In this document: piece by piece, positions 58,916 through 61,539 of the stretch
How the letters are laid out: every line of letters starts with the position of its first letter
How positions within the stretch are numbered: position 1 is the first letter of the stretch
NCBI GenBank assembly: GCA_043754535.1
Contig: JAYUUN010000009.1
Span: forward strand, 1 to 61,539
DNA: 61,539 nucleotides
Origin: Chloroflexota bacterium
GTDB taxonomy: Bacteria; Chloroflexota; Chloroflexia; QHBQ01
Reading direction: 5' to 3'
The notes under the pieces: model-generated
The model's database searches: none
The model's input: the letters and a program-made list of their open reading frames with translations, nothing else
What the model was told of the DNA's origin: nothing
Translations under genes and position numbers: made by a program

Positions 58916-59797
58916 CTAGGCACCCTTCTGCGTCGCGTCTGCGTCGTCTTCGTCAATCATCTGGCGGCTGCTTTCGCTGACCGCCTCGGCTACGCCACGT
59001 GGGGTGAGTGGGTCAAGCATCTCAGCGGTGCTGGTGCTGACCGCTTCGGCCAGGCCGAGGCTGTGGTCGGTGAGTGGTAGGTCGACGGTAGTGGTTGGCA
59101 GGTCGCTGCTTGGCGTTCGAACCTTCAGTTCGTCCTTCGCCGCATCGTCGGCAAAGGCACCCATACCATCGCCGAGGATGCTGCCGATCAGTTCGAGCGA
59201 CTCCGGGGTGAGCAGCAGGTACTCGTACTTGAGCATATCCACCAGGCTAAGGTACTGGGCGAAGGCAAGTTCGCACTGTTCGATATTGTGAGCAGCGCGG
59301 TAAACGTTCTCCTCGCGGCTAGCCAGCATGATCAGGGCGCGACCCTTGCCCTGGGTGAGGTTGAGCTTGGCAAGCAGAGTGATCATCGTCTTGGTACGTG
59401 GCTCAATGTTGTGCAGACCCTCGATCAGGATGATCTGACCGTCGGCTGCCTTGATCGAAAGGACGCTGCGGGCGGCCAGACGGCGCATCTTACGCGGCAA
59501 ATCCTTCTCATAACTACGCGGATGTGGGCCAAAGACCACTGCGCCACCACGCCACTGGGGGGAGCGGTTGCTACCCTGGCGGGCGCGGCCCGTACCCTTC
59601 TGGCGGTATGGCTTGCGGCCACCGCCACGCACGGCAGTGCGGTCTTTGGTGCTGTGGGTACCCTGGCGGGCATTGGCCTGCTGGCGCACAACCGCCTGAT
59701 GGACGACGGCAAGGTTCGGCTCAATGCCGAAGATGTAGTCGTTCAGTTCCAGGGTGCGGCTGACTTCACCGTTCAGGTTGTAAACTTGCACTTGCAT
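58916..59797 (-). CDS. rplD: 50S ribosomal protein L4 with acidic C-terminal extension (293 aa)
   Basis: [36 protein letters not shown]. Confidence 0.97.
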   Translation of the reverse strand: MQVQVYNLNGEVSRTLELNDYIFGIEPNLAVVHQAVVRQQANARQGTHSTKDRTAVRGGGRKPYRQKGTGRARQGSNRSPQWRGGAVVFGPHPRSYEKDLPRKMRRLAARSVLSIKAADGQIILIEGLHNIEPRTKTMITLLAKLNLTQGKGRALIMLASREENVYRAAHNIEQCELAFAQYLSLVDMLKYEYLLLTPESLELIGSILGDGMGAFADDAAKDELKVRTPSSDLPTTTVDLPLTDHSLGLAEAVSTSTAEMLDPLTPRGVAEAVSESSRQMIDEDDADATQKGA

Positions 59798-59907
59798 CTG
59801 AAGGTTAGCTCCTCTATGCCTCGCGGCATATGCCCTGTCGGGAGTGCTGTACGCACGAAAGCCCCGTTCTGGGCGTGGTGGGGGCGGCAGACAGCCAGCC
59901 CCTTCGC

Positions 59908-60564
59908 TTACTGCTCGCTCGGCTGGCCCTTGACGGCGCGGCGCACCATCACCAGGCCGTTGTTCGCGCCAGGGATTGCCCCCTTGATCAGCAGGAGGTT
60001 GCGGTCAGCGTCTACTCGCACGATCTTGAGGTTCTGCACCGTCACCCGGTCGTTGCCCATCCGCCCTGCCATCCGCAGGTTCTTGAGGACACGCCCAGGG
60101 GTGGTGCCAGAGCCGATGGAACCAGGGCGGCGGTGGCGGTCGGACTGGCCGTGCGTCTTGGGGCCGCCACTAAAGTGGTGCCGCTTGACTACGCCTGCGA
60201 AGCCCTTACCCTTGCTGATGCCGGTTATGTCCACCAGGTCGCCGTCATTGAACTGCTCGACGGTCAGCACATCGCCGACATTGTGGCCGCTCAGATCGTT
60301 GCTACGGACCTCGCGCAGGTAGTGCAGGTTGGGCAGGTTGGCATCCTTCTTCTTCAGGTGGCCGCGCTCCGGCTGGTTCAGCCGCTTCTCCTCAATCTGC
60401 TCGAAGCCGAGCTGCACGGCGGTATAGCCGTCCTGCCCCTCAGCCGTCTTAATCTGGGTGATATAGTTCGGGCCGAGTTCGATCACGGTGACACCAGTCG
60501 CCGTGCCGGTAGCGTCGAAGATTTGGGTCATGCCCAGCTTCTTACCGATCAGTTGGTCTATCAT
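59908..60564 (-). CDS. rplC: 50S ribosomal protein L3
   Basis: [35 protein letters not shown]. Confidence 0.98.
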   Translation of the reverse strand: MIDQLIGKKLGMTQIFDATGTATGVTVIELGPNYITQIKTAEGQDGYTAVQLGFEQIEEKRLNQPERGHLKKKDANLPNLHYLREVRSNDLSGHNVGDVLTVEQFNDGDLVDITGISKGKGFAGVVKRHHFSGGPKTHGQSDRHRRPGSIGSGTTPGRVLKNLRMAGRMGNDRVTVQNLKIVRVDADRNLLLIKGAIPGANNGLVMVRRAVKGQPSEQ

Positions 60565-60781
60565 CTGTTTCCTCTCTAGCATCTCAGTTGGCTAAACCAC
60601 TCATCGTGTAGCGGCCAGCACTGGCGGATGCTTCCCTCAACGACGAGGGACGAGCGGCAAGTAATCCGTGGTCGCTGGTTGAAAGTAACCTGCCGCAACC
60701 TGATCACCTGCGCCCTGCTTGTAATCACAGGCAGCCATGTCCGCTAAGTAGCCTGCTGGCTAAGCGCGGACGGCAACCTGC

Positions 60782-61090
60782 TCAGAGCTTGATTTCGATG
60801 TCCACGCCAGCGGGAAGGTTGAGGCGCATTAGTGCGCTAATCGTCTTGGGGCTGGGGTCAACCACATCGATCAGCCGCTTGTGGGTGCGAACCTCAAACT
60901 GCTCCTGCGAGTCCTTGTCAATGAAGGCCGAGCGGATCACGCTGAACTTCTCGATGCGCGTAGGGAGCGGCACAGGGCCAGCAACCTTCGCCCCAGTACG
61001 TTCGGCGGTCTCCACGATCTGCAAGGCCGACTGATCCAGGATGCGGTGGTCGTATGCCTTCAGGCGGATACGAATCCTCTGCTTTGCCAT
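60782..61090 (-). CDS. rpsJ: 30S ribosomal protein S10
   Basis: [29 protein letters not shown]. Confidence 0.98.
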   Translation of the reverse strand: MAKQRIRIRLKAYDHRILDQSALQIVETAERTGAKVAGPVPLPTRIEKFSVIRSAFIDKDSQEQFEVRTHKRLIDVVDPSPKTISALMRLNLPAGVDIEIKL

Positions 61091-61239
61091 CTGTTCTCCT
61101 TAATGAATGGTTACGGATACCAGTGGGTAGCACCGGGCGTGCTACCCACTACGCTGCTTGCTTGCTGCCAGCCCGCTCCTAGCAAGGGAGGAGGCGGCTT
61201 CGACGGTAACGCCTCTGCAACGAGAGGCAGGTCAAGCGG

Positions 61240-61539
61240 TTAGGCGATAATCTTGGTCACGACCCCTGCACCAACCGTGCGTCCACCCTCGCGGATGGCG
61301 AAGTGCAACCCTTCTTCCATCGCCACCGGTACGATCAACGTCACATCCATCTGCACGTTGTCTCCTGGCACGACCATCTCCATCCCATCCGGCAGCTTGA
61401 TCGCCCCTGTCACGTCCGTCGTCCGTACGTAGAACTGCGGGCGGTACCCGTTGAAGAACGGCGTGTGTCGCCCTCCTTCATCCTTGCTCAACACGTACAC
61501 CTCCGCCATGAAGTGCGTGTGCGGCTTGATGCTCCCTGG
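61240..61539 (-). CDS. tuf: Elongation factor Tu, C-terminal part (partial)
   Basis: [36 protein letters not shown]. Confidence 0.97.
   Translation of the reverse strand, partial: PGSIKPHTHFMAEVYVLSKDEGGRHTPFFNGYRPQFYVRTTDVTGAIKLPDGMEMVVPGDNVQMDVTLIVPVAMEEGLHFAIREGGRTVGAGVVTKIIA

Overview
GC-rich bacterial chromosomal segment, most likely Chloroflexota (inferred from Cys-containing SLH domains and ERxRxEYHPE surface repeats). Left part (1-39.7 kb): SLH surface proteins; an ECF sigma/anti-sigma module with a MacAB/YknXYZ-type ABC exporter; rplU-rpmA, rpmE-tdk, family-4 UDG, adenosine kinase-ahcY, selB, a cyclase-STAND-TPR protein, a threonine-synthase homologue, UPF0182, Dps, RluD, an oxidoreductase and a HEPN-like gene. 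Right part (39.8-61.5 kb, minus strand): the tuf-S10-spc-alpha ribosomal superoperon through truA-rplM-rpsI. I saw no rRNA, tRNA, CRISPR array or intact transposase. Main candidates: (1) uL15 fused through a ~180-aa repetitive linker to a lamin-tail-like domain, directly upstream of secY, with several other r-proteins (S5, S17, L4, L31, L16) also carrying long disordered tails; (2) a tandem 31-nt bulged hairpin in the ahcY 5' leader; (3) three matching ECF promoters driving an exporter whose adaptor has a symmetric 7+7-repeat giant hairpin; (4) a threonine-synthase homologue lacking its PLP lysine; (5) a UDG with an inserted clamp-binding-like motif; (6) a probable CTG start for rluD. All family calls come from motif recognition by eye, not database searches.
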